Positions 9,189-21,958 are shown, counted from the first letter of the stretch. The stretch is DNA of 64,000 nucleotides from an uncultured Collinsella sp. (GCA_900542555.1 UQNU01000003.1:29-64028), one strand, 5' to 3'. Translations and numbers: made by a program. The notes: generated from the letters alone by a model not told the origin.

Positions 9189-10049
9189 ATGGGGGTGGCT
9201 ATGCCAAGCTGGAACATTCATATCGCTCAGACGGAGCGTTTGCTGGAGCGCACCGGTGCGCTTGCCAATAGCGTGCGCGACCGCAATGCCTTTTTGTTTG
9301 GCTGCGTGGTTCCGGACATTTTTGTGGGCTATATGGTTCCCGGTATCGCTGATCCCATTCCGTATCGCATTACGCACTTTGCAAAGCCCGAGCCTATCCC
9401 TAAGCCTCGTGAGCATGAGTTCTGGGATACCTATGTGGCACCGTTGCTTAAAAGTTCGCCCACCGGTGCGTCAGCCGCGGCGACCTCGATTATCGAGGAG
9501 CGCGAGCGACTGAATCGCGTGCACTATCCCCAGCGCTACAGGGATGCTGAGCCGGTTGTCGGTCCCGGCGCTCGTGAGTTCTCGCTTGCGTCCGAAGATG
9601 TGGCGCAGTCGTTGCTCGATTTGACACTGGGTGTCTGGTCGCATCTGGTGGCCGATACCGTATGGAATACGCGCGTGAATCAGTACCTGGAGGCGCACGG
9701 CGGCAAGCCGTGCGAGGAGTTCCGCATTAAAAAGCAAGGCGACTTTGACTGGTTCGGCAAGACGCTCGGCATTGTTTCGATTCCGCGCGCGACCGATCGC
9801 CTGTATACTGCGGCGACGCGTTTTGGGCAGTATCCCATCCATAAGGAGTATGTGCTCAAGACCATCGGCGTCATGCACGAGATCGTGCGCGAAAACCCCG
9901 GCGAGCCCGACCATCCGCCATACCGCCTGCTGACCGAGAAATTCTTCGACGCAACGTTTACCGAGGTCATCGAGCTGACCGAGGCGGGATTTGCGACTCG
10001 CGTTGCTGCTTCTGGCGTTCCCGCAGTCCCCCTGATTGCTAGCTGCTAG
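9189..10049 (+). CDS. Putative zinc-dependent phospholipase C / P1-nuclease-like metallohydrolase family protein
   Basis: The N-terminal MPSWNIHIA (Trp/His near the N-terminus) and later His/Asp-rich segments resemble cytosolic PLC-fold proteins. This is recognition by eye only. Confidence 0.45.
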   Translation: MGVAMPSWNIHIAQTERLLERTGALANSVRDRNAFLFGCVVPDIFVGYMVPGIADPIPYRITHFAKPEPIPKPREHEFWDTYVAPLLKSSPTGASAAATSIIEERERLNRVHYPQRYRDAEPVVGPGAREFSLASEDVAQSLLDLTLGVWSHLVADTVWNTRVNQYLEAHGGKPCEEFRIKKQGDFDWFGKTLGIVSIPRATDRLYTAATRFGQYPIHKEYVLKTIGVMHEIVRENPGEPDHPPYRLLTEKFFDATFTEVIELTEAGFATRVAASGVPAVPLIASC

Positions 10050-10185
10050 CCGGCCGGCTTAACGGTGAACAGTTCATCCCAATTGACCAACAGCTCCCGT
10101 CGCAGGGCATCTTCGGTGGTACGCTCGGCATCGGAAAGGTTCGCGACTGATCACAAATCGATGAAGCGGCATATGAAGTAGGTCC

Positions 10186-10226
10186 TAAAAAAGGGCCCGG
10201 AAGGCAAAGCCTTCCGGGCCCTTTGC
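10186..10226. terminator. Bidirectional terminator between convergent genes
   Basis: aagggcccggaagg (10191-10204) pairs with ccttccgggccctt (10210-10223), with an A-run before and a T-run after. Confidence 0.8.
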
Positions 10227-10252
10227 AATGCAAGTGTGCTTGCAAGTGCGAT

Positions 10253-11713
10253 TTAGCGCACCTGAGCGACGTAAGCGACGTTGGTCGAGGAGACCTTGTC
10301 CTCGAGCTGGACGCTCATGCGGGGATCGCCGGCGGTGGCGACGGTCAGATCGCCGGCCTCGACGTAGCCGAGCTCCTTAGCGGTCTCGATCGCCTTGACG
10401 ATCGTGCCGTTGACGGTGCCCTGGGTAATCTCGGCCTGGTGCGGGATAACGCCCCAGTACATAATCATTTGCTGGACGGCCCACTCGTGGCGGGAGAACG
10501 CGCAGATCGGCATGTTGGGACGGAAGTGCGAGATCAGGCGAGCGGTACGACCGGTGGTCGTCGGCACGGTGATGCACTTGGCGCCAACGGTGGTAGCCAT
10601 GTTCACAGCGGACATACCCACAACGTTGTTGACGACGCGGGTGCCGTGAGCATCGGCCGGAACCTCGAGCGGAGCGTGAGCCGGGAGGTACTTCTCGGTC
10701 TCGAGAGCAATGCTGGCCTGCATCTTGACGGCCTCGACCGGGTACTTACCGGCAGCGGACTCGCCGGACAGCATAACGGCGTCGGTGCCGTCGTAAATGG
10801 CGTTAGCAACGTCGGCAACCTCGGCGCGCGTCGGGCGCGGGTTCTGCTGCATGGAGTCGAGCATCTGCGTAGCGGTGATAACAGGCTTGTAGGCCGCGTT
10901 GCACTTGGCGATGATCTCCTTCTGGATGTGCGGAACGAGCTCGGGCTTGATCTCGATGCCCAGGTCGCCACGGGCGACCATGATGCCGTCGGAAGCCTCG
11001 AGGATCTCGTCGAAGTTCTCGACGCCCAGGGCGCACTCGATCTTCGGGAAGATCGTCACGTGCTCGCCACCGTTCTCGCGGCAAAGCTCGCGGATGCCGC
11101 GGACGGACTCGCCGTCACGGATGAAGGAAGCGGCAATGTAGTCGATGTTCTCGGTCAGGCCAAAGAGGATGTCCTGACGATCGCGCTCGGTGATAGCAGG
11201 CAGCGAGATGTTGACGTTGGGCATGTTGACGCCCTTGCGCTCGCCGATTAGGCCGTCGTTCTTAACGACGCAGGTCATGTCCTGGCCGTCGACGGACTCG
11301 ACCTCGAGGGCAACCAGACCGTCATCAATCAGGATGAGGGAGCCCTTCTCGACCTCGGAGGGCAGAGCCAGGTAGTCGAGGGAGATGTGCTCAGAGGTGC
11401 CGTGGAAATCCTCGGACGTGGGCTGAGCGGTGACGACGATCTTATCGCCGGTCTTGACGGCAACCTTCTTGCCGTCGACCAGAAGGCCGGTGCGGACCTC
11501 GGGGCCCTTGGTGTCGAGCAGGATGCCGACGGGCAGACCGAGCTCCTTGGAAATACGACGGACGCGCTCGATGCGACCGTGGTGCTCGTCGTAGGATCCG
11601 TGCGAGAAGTTAAAACGGGCGACGTTCATGCCCGCCTTGATCATCTCGCGGATGGTCTCGTCGCTATCGCAGGCGGGACCCATGGTGCATACAATCTTGG
11701 TGCGCTTGTACAT
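10253..11713 (-). CDS. pyk: Pyruvate kinase
   Basis: 486 aa. MYKRTKIVCTMGPA..., NVARFNFSHG and MVARGDLGIE blocks. Confidence 0.95.
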   Translation of the reverse strand: MYKRTKIVCTMGPACDSDETIREMIKAGMNVARFNFSHGSYDEHHGRIERVRRISKELGLPVGILLDTKGPEVRTGLLVDGKKVAVKTGDKIVVTAQPTSEDFHGTSEHISLDYLALPSEVEKGSLILIDDGLVALEVESVDGQDMTCVVKNDGLIGERKGVNMPNVNISLPAITERDRQDILFGLTENIDYIAASFIRDGESVRGIRELCRENGGEHVTIFPKIECALGVENFDEILEASDGIMVARGDLGIEIKPELVPHIQKEIIAKCNAAYKPVITATQMLDSMQQNPRPTRAEVADVANAIYDGTDAVMLSGESAAGKYPVEAVKMQASIALETEKYLPAHAPLEVPADAHGTRVVNNVVGMSAVNMATTVGAKCITVPTTTGRTARLISHFRPNMPICAFSRHEWAVQQMIMYWGVIPHQAEITQGTVNGTIVKAIETAKELGYVEAGDLTVATAGDPRMSVQLEDKVSSTNVAYVAQVR

Positions 11714-12090
11714 TCAGACCTCCATCTGACATCGTCTTGCGCTGATAGATAAACCATAAGAAATAAAACTGAGATGATTATAACGAAATGGCGACCGAAT
11801 ACCCCAAAAAATCGACCGTATGCCGAATTAGAAGTTCATTTTTTGCGAAAAAACGGTATATGAAAAATCTTTACCAACCGTTCTGACCGCTGCTATCTGG
11901 GCGATATTTCAGTTTGACGATGCGCCGAAGAAAAAACGTTTTATCAATGTTGAGCATCACACGGTCTGCATCGTTGCACTCGAGCCGTGTTTCCAATTGG
12001 AATGTTTTGGCTAGACGCGCCGCTTTGGGGTACCATAGCTCCACTATCAACTGCCGCTCAGCACGGCAGCCTTGATGAGCCCTTGCCCTT

Positions 12091-12144
12091 CTCCTGGGAA
12101 TTATGATCGGGCATCAATCTGCTGAGTGGCCCGAATCCCAGGAG
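12091..12144 (+). promoter_or_regulatory. 5' UTR hairpin that could sequester the RBS of the P-type ATPase gene
   Basis: ctcctggga (12091-12099) pairs with tcccaggag (12136-12144), and there is an inner cgggc/gcccg stem. The 3' arm overlaps the SD ggagggg (12141-12147); the ATG is at 12155. Confidence 0.35.
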
Positions 12145-12154
12145 GGGACTCTAT

Positions 12155-14836
<2,682 letters not shown>

Positions 14837-14859
14837 GTCGAAAGGCCATCCCTCCCACC

Positions 14860-14950
14860 GGCCCGACCGCCTGCGGGGTTTCTTCTTCGCTGGTCCTCGC
14901 GCTTCGCGCTGCGGGATCGCTCAGAAGAAACCCCTCTCGGCGGTCGGGCC
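14860..14950. repeat. 91-nt multi-tier palindromic element E2 (structural homolog of 6094-6188)
   Basis: Outer stem ggcccgaccgcc (14860-14871) / ggcggtcgggcc (14939-14950). Internal loop TGC/TCTC. Stem ggggtttcttct/agaagaaacccc. Apex gcgc-ttc-gcgc. It lies between the ATPase stop (14836) and the intrinsic terminator at 14993. Confidence 0.85.
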
Positions 14951-14992
14951 TTCGGACAACCTCTCGGGACCGTAAGCTGAGGGAAAGTTTGT

Positions 14993-15027
14993 GAGCCGAT
15001 CGAGCGTTTGCTCGACCGGCTCTTTTT
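14993..15027 (+). terminator. Intrinsic terminator of the ATPase gene
   Basis: gagccgatcgagc-gttt-gctcgaccggctc followed by ttttt. Confidence 0.75.
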
Positions 15028-15106
15028 GATTTAGGGCTTTGCCCGGCCAGCTCTTTTTGATTTAAAATACCTGCTCAGTTGTGATTTATGGTGCTGGGAG
15101 GCGCTT

Positions 15107-16291
15107 GTGGGCAAGGCGAAGGCTAAGGCGAAGAAAAAGACGACGGGGGCGCGGACTAAGCGCGATCGTCGTCGGAAGCTTGCGACCGAGGCCCCCGCGT
15201 CTGCCGAGGAGCTGCTGGCAAGCGTGCCGGGACTCGACGCGCTGCAGGACGTTCCGGCGTTTGATGACCTGCCGGTCGATGAAGCCCAGCAGACTGCCTT
15301 TGACGATTTTTGCGCACATGCCGAGGAACCCGAGCAGATGCAGCTTGGCGCCGTGGTGCGCTTGGATCGCGGGTTTCCACTGGTGGCGACTGCCGATGAC
15401 ACGTTTCGTGCCGAGCATGCCGTGGGGTTTGCCAAGTCGCGCGGCGAGGACGAGGTCCTGCTGCCCGCTGTGGGCGATCGTGTGGCGGTACGCCGCGCTC
15501 CCGGGCACGATATGGGTGTGATTGAGTGCGTGCTGCCGCGCCGTACGAGCTTTGAGCGTTGGCGCGGCCGTGCCCGCGGAGAGCGTCAGGTGCTCTGCTC
15601 CAACGTGGATAGCGTGCTAATCGTGCAGGCGCTCGGTGCCGGCGAGGTGCTGCTCGACCGCGTGGCGCGCTCGCTGGTGTTGGCGCTCGACTGCGATGCC
15701 GAGCCGGTGGTGGTGCTCACCAAAGCTGACCGCTGCGATGCCGAGGAGCTCGAGCGCGATCTGGACCGCGTGCGCCGCCTGGTGGGTCCGGACGTGCGCG
15801 TGATCGTGACGTCCTCTGCCGAGGGGCGCGGCCTGGACGAGGTTCGTTCCTGCGTGCCTGCCGGGGGCTGTGCCATGATTTTGGGCGAATCGGGTGCCGG
15901 CAAGTCGACGCTGCTCAATGCGCTGCTGGGCCACGATACGTTGGCGACTGGCGGTGTGCGCGAACGCGACGACCAGGGCCGTCACACTACCGTCGCGCGC
16001 GTGATGGTGGCACTGCCGGGCGACGCCGGCGTGATCGCCGATGCCCCGGGCCTGCGCAGCCTACCGCTCGTGGGTCACGAGCGGGGTCTGGCGCGCGCCT
16101 TCCCCGAGATTGTCGAGGCATCGCGCGCGTGCCGGTTTGGCGATTGCACGCATACCCATGAGCCGGGTTGTGCCGTTCGCGAGGCCGAGGACGCCGGGCA
16201 GATCGACAGTCTGCGTTTGGAAACGTTCCAAAACCTGGCGTCATCCATGCGCGTGAGTGCTCAAATGCTCGATCCCGATGTCCATCTGTAA
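15107..16291 (+). CDS. rsgA: Ribosome small-subunit biogenesis GTPase RsgA with Lys/Ala-rich N-terminal extension
   Basis: GTG start after a GGGAGG RBS. Circularly permuted GTPase motifs (VLTKADR..., GESGAGKSTLLNAL) and a C-terminal zinc knuckle CRFGDCTHTHEPGC. Confidence 0.9.
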   Translation: MGKAKAKAKKKTTGARTKRDRRRKLATEAPASAEELLASVPGLDALQDVPAFDDLPVDEAQQTAFDDFCAHAEEPEQMQLGAVVRLDRGFPLVATADDTFRAEHAVGFAKSRGEDEVLLPAVGDRVAVRRAPGHDMGVIECVLPRRTSFERWRGRARGERQVLCSNVDSVLIVQALGAGEVLLDRVARSLVLALDCDAEPVVVLTKADRCDAEELERDLDRVRRLVGPDVRVIVTSSAEGRGLDEVRSCVPAGGCAMILGESGAGKSTLLNALLGHDTLATGGVRERDDQGRHTTVARVMVALPGDAGVIADAPGLRSLPLVGHERGLARAFPEIVEASRACRFGDCTHTHEPGCAVREAEDAGQIDSLRLETFQNLASSMRVSAQMLDPDVHL

Positions 16292-16308
16292 TTGATTTTT
16301 CCTATGAC

Positions 16309-16344
16309 AGCCGTCTCCCAACTGTTCGGGAGACGGCTTTTTTG
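16309..16344 (+). terminator. Intrinsic terminator of rsgA
   Basis: agccgtctccc-aactgttc-gggagacggct followed by tttttt. Confidence 0.85.
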
Positions 16345-16528
16345 CTGCGGAAAAGCCTCGAAACATGCAGTTTGCTGACGTGCTGGCCAAAACCTTGCCA
16401 CGAGCTTGACGGGCTGGTCAGCTTTTGGTCAGTGATTGGTTTGACATCGAAAACCAAGATCGCGATTGCGCCGCTTTGCGCTCTGACCGCCCAGACAATG
16501 GTGGTACGGGCATTCGCCCGGCACTGCC

Positions 16529-17203
16529 ATGAGAGGAGCGGCCGTGAACAAGAGCAAGCGCATCGCCATCAGTCTGGTCGCGGGCGTGCTCGCTGCTCTG
16601 CTCTGCATGGTTTACGGCTCGTCGATCCGCTCGCAAGCCGAACAGGTCCAGGCTGAGACCTTGGCCAAGTACGGTGGCGATCGCGTCGAGGTATGCGTCG
16701 CGGCGCGCGATATCGATGTTGGCGAGACCCTCGATGAGACCAATGTCATAACCCAGGAATGGCTGACGAGTCTGCTGCCGCGTGACGCGGCGACCGAGCT
16801 GCGCCAGGTGCGCGGCGACGTGACGACTTCGCGTATTCCCAAAAACGCCGTGATCTGCAATGTCTACACCAAGGCCGAGAGCCACAAGCTCGAGGTGCCT
16901 AAGGGCAAGGTCGCCGTTTCGGTGGCGGTCGATGCCGAGCACTCGGTCGGCGGTGCCACGGGCGTGGGCAGCTATGTGGACGTGTACGTGCAAAAAGATG
17001 GCGTAACCGATCGACTGTGCGGCGCGCACGTGATCGATACCAGTGAGAATTCCGGTGCCACGCGCGAGGGCAAGATCGAATGGGTGACGCTGGCGGCTGA
17101 CCCCGAAGACGTCAAGGAACTGCTGGGAGCCTCGGGCAAGGGAACGGTCAGCTTGACGATTCCCGCCACGGCGCGCGGCAAAAAGAGCGGAGGCGACGAG
17201 TGA
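16529..17203 (+). CDS. cpaB: Flp pilus assembly protein CpaB/RcpC family (SAF domain)
   Basis: N-terminal TM anchor, a SAF-like segment VCVAARDIDVGETLDETNV, and first position in the tad operon. Confidence 0.7.
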   Translation: MRGAAVNKSKRIAISLVAGVLAALLCMVYGSSIRSQAEQVQAETLAKYGGDRVEVCVAARDIDVGETLDETNVITQEWLTSLLPRDAATELRQVRGDVTTSRIPKNAVICNVYTKAESHKLEVPKGKVAVSVAVDAEHSVGGATGVGSYVDVYVQKDGVTDRLCGAHVIDTSENSGATREGKIEWVTLAADPEDVKELLGASGKGTVSLTIPATARGKKSGGDE

Positions 17204-18852
17204 TGAAGGCGATCTGGCTTGCGTGCTGCGCGTGCGGCGATTACGGGCTGTTGCAGCGGGAAGTCGAGGGCCGTGACGCGGGTGCACAGGTGCTTCGCGT
17301 GGGTGACCTGGACGGGCTGGTTTCCATGGCGCGGGCGTTTCCGTCGCGCCGCGGGGCTGCCATCATCGCGGCGTCTCTGTTTGATACCGAAGATGTGCGC
17401 AAGGCTGTTGCGCGCCTGACGGCCGAAGGCCGCGTGAGTCGCGTGGTCGTGTTGATAGAAGCGCTCGATCCGTCGGATATCGAGGGGCTGTTTCGCGCGG
17501 GGGCGACCGAGGTCATCGCTGCGCACAGTATATGCGGCAACGGGCGTGCGGGCGAGGGAGCGGTTGATTCCGATCGGCGCATGACGATTGAGCCCGATGC
17601 TTTTGTTGATAGGGAACCCGGGGCGCCTCGCGCTACAAGAGGCCCGCGTGTTGATGATTATGGAAAAGCGGAAGCCGAGCATGGTCGGCGCCCCCGGAAC
17701 CCCCTTGTATACGATGATGCTGGAGGGCCGGCGCAGCATGCTGGCGACTCTCCGGCTGTAGATATGGGATACGTGCACGGCGTGAATCTGGCGGATGAAC
17801 TCGACGAAGTTGAGGGCTTTGCCGGGTGCGGCGAGTTGTCGCTGATGCGGCATGAGCAGATTGCACAGAACGAGCCTGCCTCGCAGACCGAACAAGCCGC
17901 CATGCCGGCTTGGACGCAGCGTGTGGTTGCGGCGGGGGAGACGGGGACGCTGTCACCGACGCCCGCTCCGCCGCCTCCGATGCCGCCGGCAGACGCTGCC
18001 GCTCCGCAGCATCGAGCTCCGGTCATCTGCGCCATTTCGGGTTCGGGCGGTTGCGGCAAGTCGACGATCGCTGCCACCATGGCACACGCATCGTCGCTGT
18101 TGGGCTTGCGTGCCGCCGTGCTCGACCTGGACCTGATGTTTGGAAACCTTTACGACTTGTTAGGCGTCGATGCTCCGCGCGATATGGCGGCACTTATCGA
18201 GCCGTCGGCGGCGGGCACGCTCACCGAGCCGGATATCGTGGCCGCATCGATGCGCGTGGCGCCGGGCGTTACGCTCTGGGGTCCCGTCGCGGCGCCCGAG
18301 CAAGCCGAGCTCATGGCACGTCCGGTGGAGCTACTGCTTGATGTTCTGCGTCGCGAATCCGACGTGGTCTTTATCGATACCTCGGTCTTTTGGGGCGACG
18401 CCGTGGCGGCTGCGGTGGCGGCGAGCGACCGTTGCCTGGTCGTTGGCGATGCTGCGGTGTCGTCCGCGACATCGGCGTCGCGCGTCATTGAGCTGGCAAG
18501 TCGAGTAGGTGTGCCGCGCACGCGCATGAGCGCTGTATTCAACCGGTTTGGCGCGCGCGGGGCAGACGAGGACGTCGCCATGCGCTTTGAGATTGCCTGT
18601 GCGTTGAGCTCCAAGATTCGTATCGCCGATGGCGGGCAGGATCTCGCCGCGCTCATGGCGTTTGGGCGCGCTGACGAGGCAGTGGGGCAGACCAGCGCTT
18701 TTGCGACCAGCGTGCGCGAGGCCACGCGCGAGATGCTCGTGGAACTGGGGTGCGCCGTCGGCCCTTGGAGCGATATGGTCGCCGACCGTGCAACGCGCAC
18801 CGAACGCCCGCGTATCCGCCTTCCCTGGTCGCGCGAGGGTGATCAGCGATGA
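17203..18852 (+). CDS. tadZ: TadZ/CpaE-type ParA/MinD-like ATPase with receiver-like N-terminal domain and Pro-rich linker
   Basis: Deviant Walker A CAISGSGGCGKSTIAATMA. TGATG overlap with the cpaB stop. Lies immediately upstream of tadA. Confidence 0.7.
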   Translation: MKAIWLACCACGDYGLLQREVEGRDAGAQVLRVGDLDGLVSMARAFPSRRGAAIIAASLFDTEDVRKAVARLTAEGRVSRVVVLIEALDPSDIEGLFRAGATEVIAAHSICGNGRAGEGAVDSDRRMTIEPDAFVDREPGAPRATRGPRVDDYGKAEAEHGRRPRNPLVYDDAGGPAQHAGDSPAVDMGYVHGVNLADELDEVEGFAGCGELSLMRHEQIAQNEPASQTEQAAMPAWTQRVVAAGETGTLSPTPAPPPPMPPADAAAPQHRAPVICAISGSGGCGKSTIAATMAHASSLLGLRAAVLDLDLMFGNLYDLLGVDAPRDMAALIEPSAAGTLTEPDIVAASMRVAPGVTLWGPVAAPEQAELMARPVELLLDVLRRESDVVFIDTSVFWGDAVAAAVAASDRCLVVGDAAVSSATSASRVIELASRVGVPRTRMSAVFNRFGARGADEDVAMRFEIACALSSKIRIADGGQDLAALMAFGRADEAVGQTSAFATSVREATREMLVELGCAVGPWSDMVADRATRTERPRIRLPWSREGDQR

Positions 18853-20177
18853 GCCTGCAAACGAGGATTAAGGCTGCCGGCGCTGCAGCGGCGGCAGCGC
18901 CTGTAGATGCGGGGCGTCGCCGCGCGGTGAAACGACGCACCAAGCGCGCCGTGATGGACCGCATGGGTTACGACGAAGTGGCGCGTATCAGCGCCTATGT
19001 CGACCCGGCACTTGCCCGCTCGGAATTGCGTCCCGCGGTGGAGGCGGCGCTCAATGTTGAGGAGCCGACCGATCTCGCGACGACCGAGCGCAAGACCATC
19101 ATCGACGAGATTTTGGATGACGTGGTGGGCTTGGGGCCGTTGCAGCCGCTCATCGAGGACGACACCGTTACCGAGATCATGATTAACGGCTGCCGCTCGG
19201 CTTTCTTTGAACGCGGCGGCGTCTTGTACCCCATCGAGCATGCGTTTGAGGATGATGAGCAGATCCGTGTGCTTATCGACCGCATCATCTCGCCACTTGG
19301 TCGCCGTATCGACGAGCGCAGCCCCATCGTCAACGCCCGCCTCAAAACGGGCTATCGCGTCAACGCGGTGATTCCGCCTGTGGCGATTGACGGACCGATT
19401 CTCACCATCCGAAAGTTCTCGGACCGTATCTGCTCGCTGGACGAGCTTGTGGGGCTGGGGTCGCTGCCGCTTTGGTATGCGCAGCTGCTGTCGTGCGCGG
19501 TGTCGCTGCGACAGGACTTGGCGGTTGCGGGAGGCACGGGATCTGGTAAGACCACTCTGCTCAACGCGTTGTCATGCGAGATTTCCACCGGCGAGCGCAT
19601 CGTGACGATCGAGGACTCTGCCGAGCTCAAGTTTGCGCATCATCCGCACGTGGTGCGCCTAGAGGCGCGCGAGGCTTCAATTGAGGGCGAGGGCGCGGTG
19701 ACGATCCGCGACCTGGTGACCAATGCCCTGCGCATGCGCCCCGACCGCATCGTGGTGGGCGAGGTGCGCGGTGCCGAGTGCTGCGACATGTTGCAGGCCA
19801 TGAACACGGGCCACGACGGGTCGCTCACCACACTTCATGCGGGCTCAGAACAGGAGACCGTGGTACGTCTGACGTTGCTTGCACGTTATGGCATCGATCT
19901 GCCGAGCGAGCTCATCGAGGAGCAGATTGCCATGGCGCTCGACGGCATCGTGATGTCCGAGCGCCACGCCGATGGCAGGCGCTTCGTCTCCTCGTATTCG
20001 GGGGTGCGTCGCGCCGCGTCGGGCGGCGTAGAGCTCGAGCGCTATGTGACTTTCAATGCCGCCGAGCGCACCTGGACGCTTGACCGCGAGCCGCCGTTTA
20101 TCGCAGAAGGCCTGCGGTCGGGGACGCTCACACAAGAGGAGGTGGACGAATGGAGGTCGCTGTGCCCCTCGTCGTAG
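18849..20177 (+). CDS. tadA: Tad pilus secretion ATPase TadA/CpaF
   Basis: Walker [24 protein letters not shown], Walker B-type [12 protein letters not shown], and His box [14 protein letters not shown] overlap with tadZ. Confidence 0.9.
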   Translation: MSLQTRIKAAGAAAAAAPVDAGRRRAVKRRTKRAVMDRMGYDEVARISAYVDPALARSELRPAVEAALNVEEPTDLATTERKTIIDEILDDVVGLGPLQPLIEDDTVTEIMINGCRSAFFERGGVLYPIEHAFEDDEQIRVLIDRIISPLGRRIDERSPIVNARLKTGYRVNAVIPPVAIDGPILTIRKFSDRICSLDELVGLGSLPLWYAQLLSCAVSLRQDLAVAGGTGSGKTTLLNALSCEISTGERIVTIEDSAELKFAHHPHVVRLEAREASIEGEGAVTIRDLVTNALRMRPDRIVVGEVRGAECCDMLQAMNTGHDGSLTTLHAGSEQETVVRLTLLARYGIDLPSELIEEQIAMALDGIVMSERHADGRRFVSSYSGVRRAASGGVELERYVTFNAAERTWTLDREPPFIAEGLRSGTLTQEEVDEWRSLCPSS

Positions 20178-21076
20178 GGGGTTTGGCAGGGTTTTCTGTT
20201 GCGACGGCGTGCGGGGCGGAACCTCGTGTGCCGCAGGTGCCGCCGGCGGAGCTGGCGCGTCAGGCGCTCGAGACGGTGGCAGAGAAACTGCCGCGTGAGC
20301 TGGTGGAAAACGATCTGCTGAAAAAGATCGCCCGTTCGTGGGCATCGCTGGCTCCGGCGCATCGCCTTGGCCTCGTGATCGAAGATGCTTCGGGGCGCTT
20401 GGCGTTTCTGCTGCTATCGAGCGGTGTCTGCTGCGTTTTACTAACGATGGTGTCGTTATCGCCCCTCGGATTTGCCTTGGGACTTGTTGCTCCGATTGCC
20501 GTTGGCGCCGCTCGGGATGGCTTTGAGAGCCGGCGCGAGCAACACGATGCGGAAGAGGCCATGCCCGAGGCGTTTACCGCACTATCCATGTCGCTTGCCT
20601 CGGGACATTCGCTGGCCCAGGGCATGCACTTTGTGGGCGCTCATGCGCAAGAACCGGTGCATACCGAGTTTTTGCGGGTGGCGGCGGCGATCGATTGCGG
20701 CATCTCGGCGACCGATGCGCTCGATGACTTGCTCGTGCGCATCGACGCCCCCGGTCTTTCGCTTGTGACCTTGGCGCTTAAGGTGTCACAGCGCACCGGC
20801 GCTCCGCTTGCCGACTTACTGTCCGAGGCGTCGAGCATGGTGGGGGAGCGCATTGAGCTCAAGCGCCGCTTGGATGTCAAGACGTCGCAGGCTCGCATGT
20901 CGGCGCATATGGTCGCGGCGATGCCGGCGGGCATGTGCGCGGTGTTGGCGCTGCTTTCGGCAGATTTTCGTCGCGGTCTTGCGACGCCTGCCGGCGCGGG
21001 CGCTGTGGTGCTGGGTCTTGCCCTCAACGCCGTTGCCCTGGTGGTTATCAGGCGCATTATGCGGGTGGAGCTATGA
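20150..21076 (+). CDS. tadB: Tad pilus inner-membrane platform protein TadB (T2SS F domain)
   Basis: Polytopic 308-aa ORF following tadA. The exact start is uncertain (28-nt overlap with tadA). Confidence 0.75.
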   Translation: MEVAVPLVVGGLAGFSVATACGAEPRVPQVPPAELARQALETVAEKLPRELVENDLLKKIARSWASLAPAHRLGLVIEDASGRLAFLLLSSGVCCVLLTMVSLSPLGFALGLVAPIAVGAARDGFESRREQHDAEEAMPEAFTALSMSLASGHSLAQGMHFVGAHAQEPVHTEFLRVAAAIDCGISATDALDDLLVRIDAPGLSLVTLALKVSQRTGAPLADLLSEASSMVGERIELKRRLDVKTSQARMSAHMVAAMPAGMCAVLALLSADFRRGLATPAGAGAVVLGLALNAVALVVIRRIMRVEL

Positions 21077-21714
21077 GCGCCCCGGTTGCAGTCGCGGCTT
21101 GCCTGTGCGCCCTGAGTGTATTTGTCGCGACGGGTTTGGATCGGGCGGATGCACGCAAGATCGCAGGGGCCTGCAAGCGCGAGGCGGTGCTGGTCGCTGC
21201 CACGGGTCGCTCGGTGGTCGATGCCCTGACCGCGCGAGTGAAGGGCGCGGTTGGAGCGGGCGGCCCGGCGCGAGTGTCGCTCGGCGAAGTGTCCGAGATG
21301 ATCGATGTTGTGCGCTTGGGTCTTTCGGCCGGCCTTTCGTTTGATGCGGCGCTTGAGATTTTCTGCGCCAACCGCCGGTCAGTGTTGGCTCTTCGCCTTG
21401 AGCGGGCCTGCATGGCGTGGCAGGTGGGCGTGGGCACGCGTGAGGACGAGTTGTTGGCCGCCGCGCGCGACCTGGACGTGCGAGCGCTCGAGACCTTTGC
21501 CATCACGGTGGGACAGGCGCTCGCCCTGGGTGCCCCACTTGCCGAGACACTGGCCGCTCAAAGTCGCGAGATCCGTGCGGCTCATCGCGCCGCGGTCGAG
21601 CGCGAGATTGAGCGTGCGCCCGTCAAGCTGCTGATTCCCACCGGCACGCTCATCTTGCCGGCGTTGCTTCTGTCCATATTGGGCCCGCTGCTGGGAGCAG
21701 GCGGGATGATGTAG
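21073..21714 (+). CDS. tadC: Tad pilus inner-membrane platform protein TadC (T2SS F domain)
   Basis: Start set at ATG 21073, which overlaps the tadB stop (ATGA). Paralogous architecture to tadB. Confidence 0.7.
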   Translation: MSAPVAVAACLCALSVFVATGLDRADARKIAGACKREAVLVAATGRSVVDALTARVKGAVGAGGPARVSLGEVSEMIDVVRLGLSAGLSFDAALEIFCANRRSVLALRLERACMAWQVGVGTREDELLAAARDLDVRALETFAITVGQALALGAPLAETLAAQSREIRAAHRAAVEREIERAPVKLLIPTGTLILPALLLSILGPLLGAGGMM

Positions 21715-21724
21715 GGAGGAATAC

Positions 21725-21958
21725 ATGAACACGATGGTCGAAGTTGCTGACAAGGCTTGGAACTGGGCTTTTTGCCGGGCGATCCGCGCTCGCCAGCATG
21801 CCAAGGAGCTGTTGCGGGAGGAGAGCGCGCAGGGTACCACCGAGTACGCCATTTTGGTGGGCGTGCTTGTGGTGATCGCGATTATTGCCATCGTTGCATT
21901 TAAAGGCAAGGTCCAAGATCTATGGAACGCTATCAGCGAGGGCATCAACAGCCTGTAG
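21725..21958 (+). CDS. flp: Flp/Fap-family prepilin
   Basis: 77 aa. Leader, then REESAQGTTEYAILVGVLVVIAIIAIVAF (Flp EY motif plus hydrophobic helix). Confidence 0.8.
   Translation: MNTMVEVADKAWNWAFCRAIRARQHAKELLREESAQGTTEYAILVGVLVVIAIIAIVAFKGKVQDLWNAISEGINSL

Noticed and set aside
11714-12154. Possible yybP-ykoY (Mn2+) or other metal riboswitch upstream of the P-type ATPase.
   Set aside because: I could not find the conserved GGGGAGUAG-type core or the paired four-helix layout by eye. Only a generic RBS-sequestering hairpin is supportable without a covariance-model scan.
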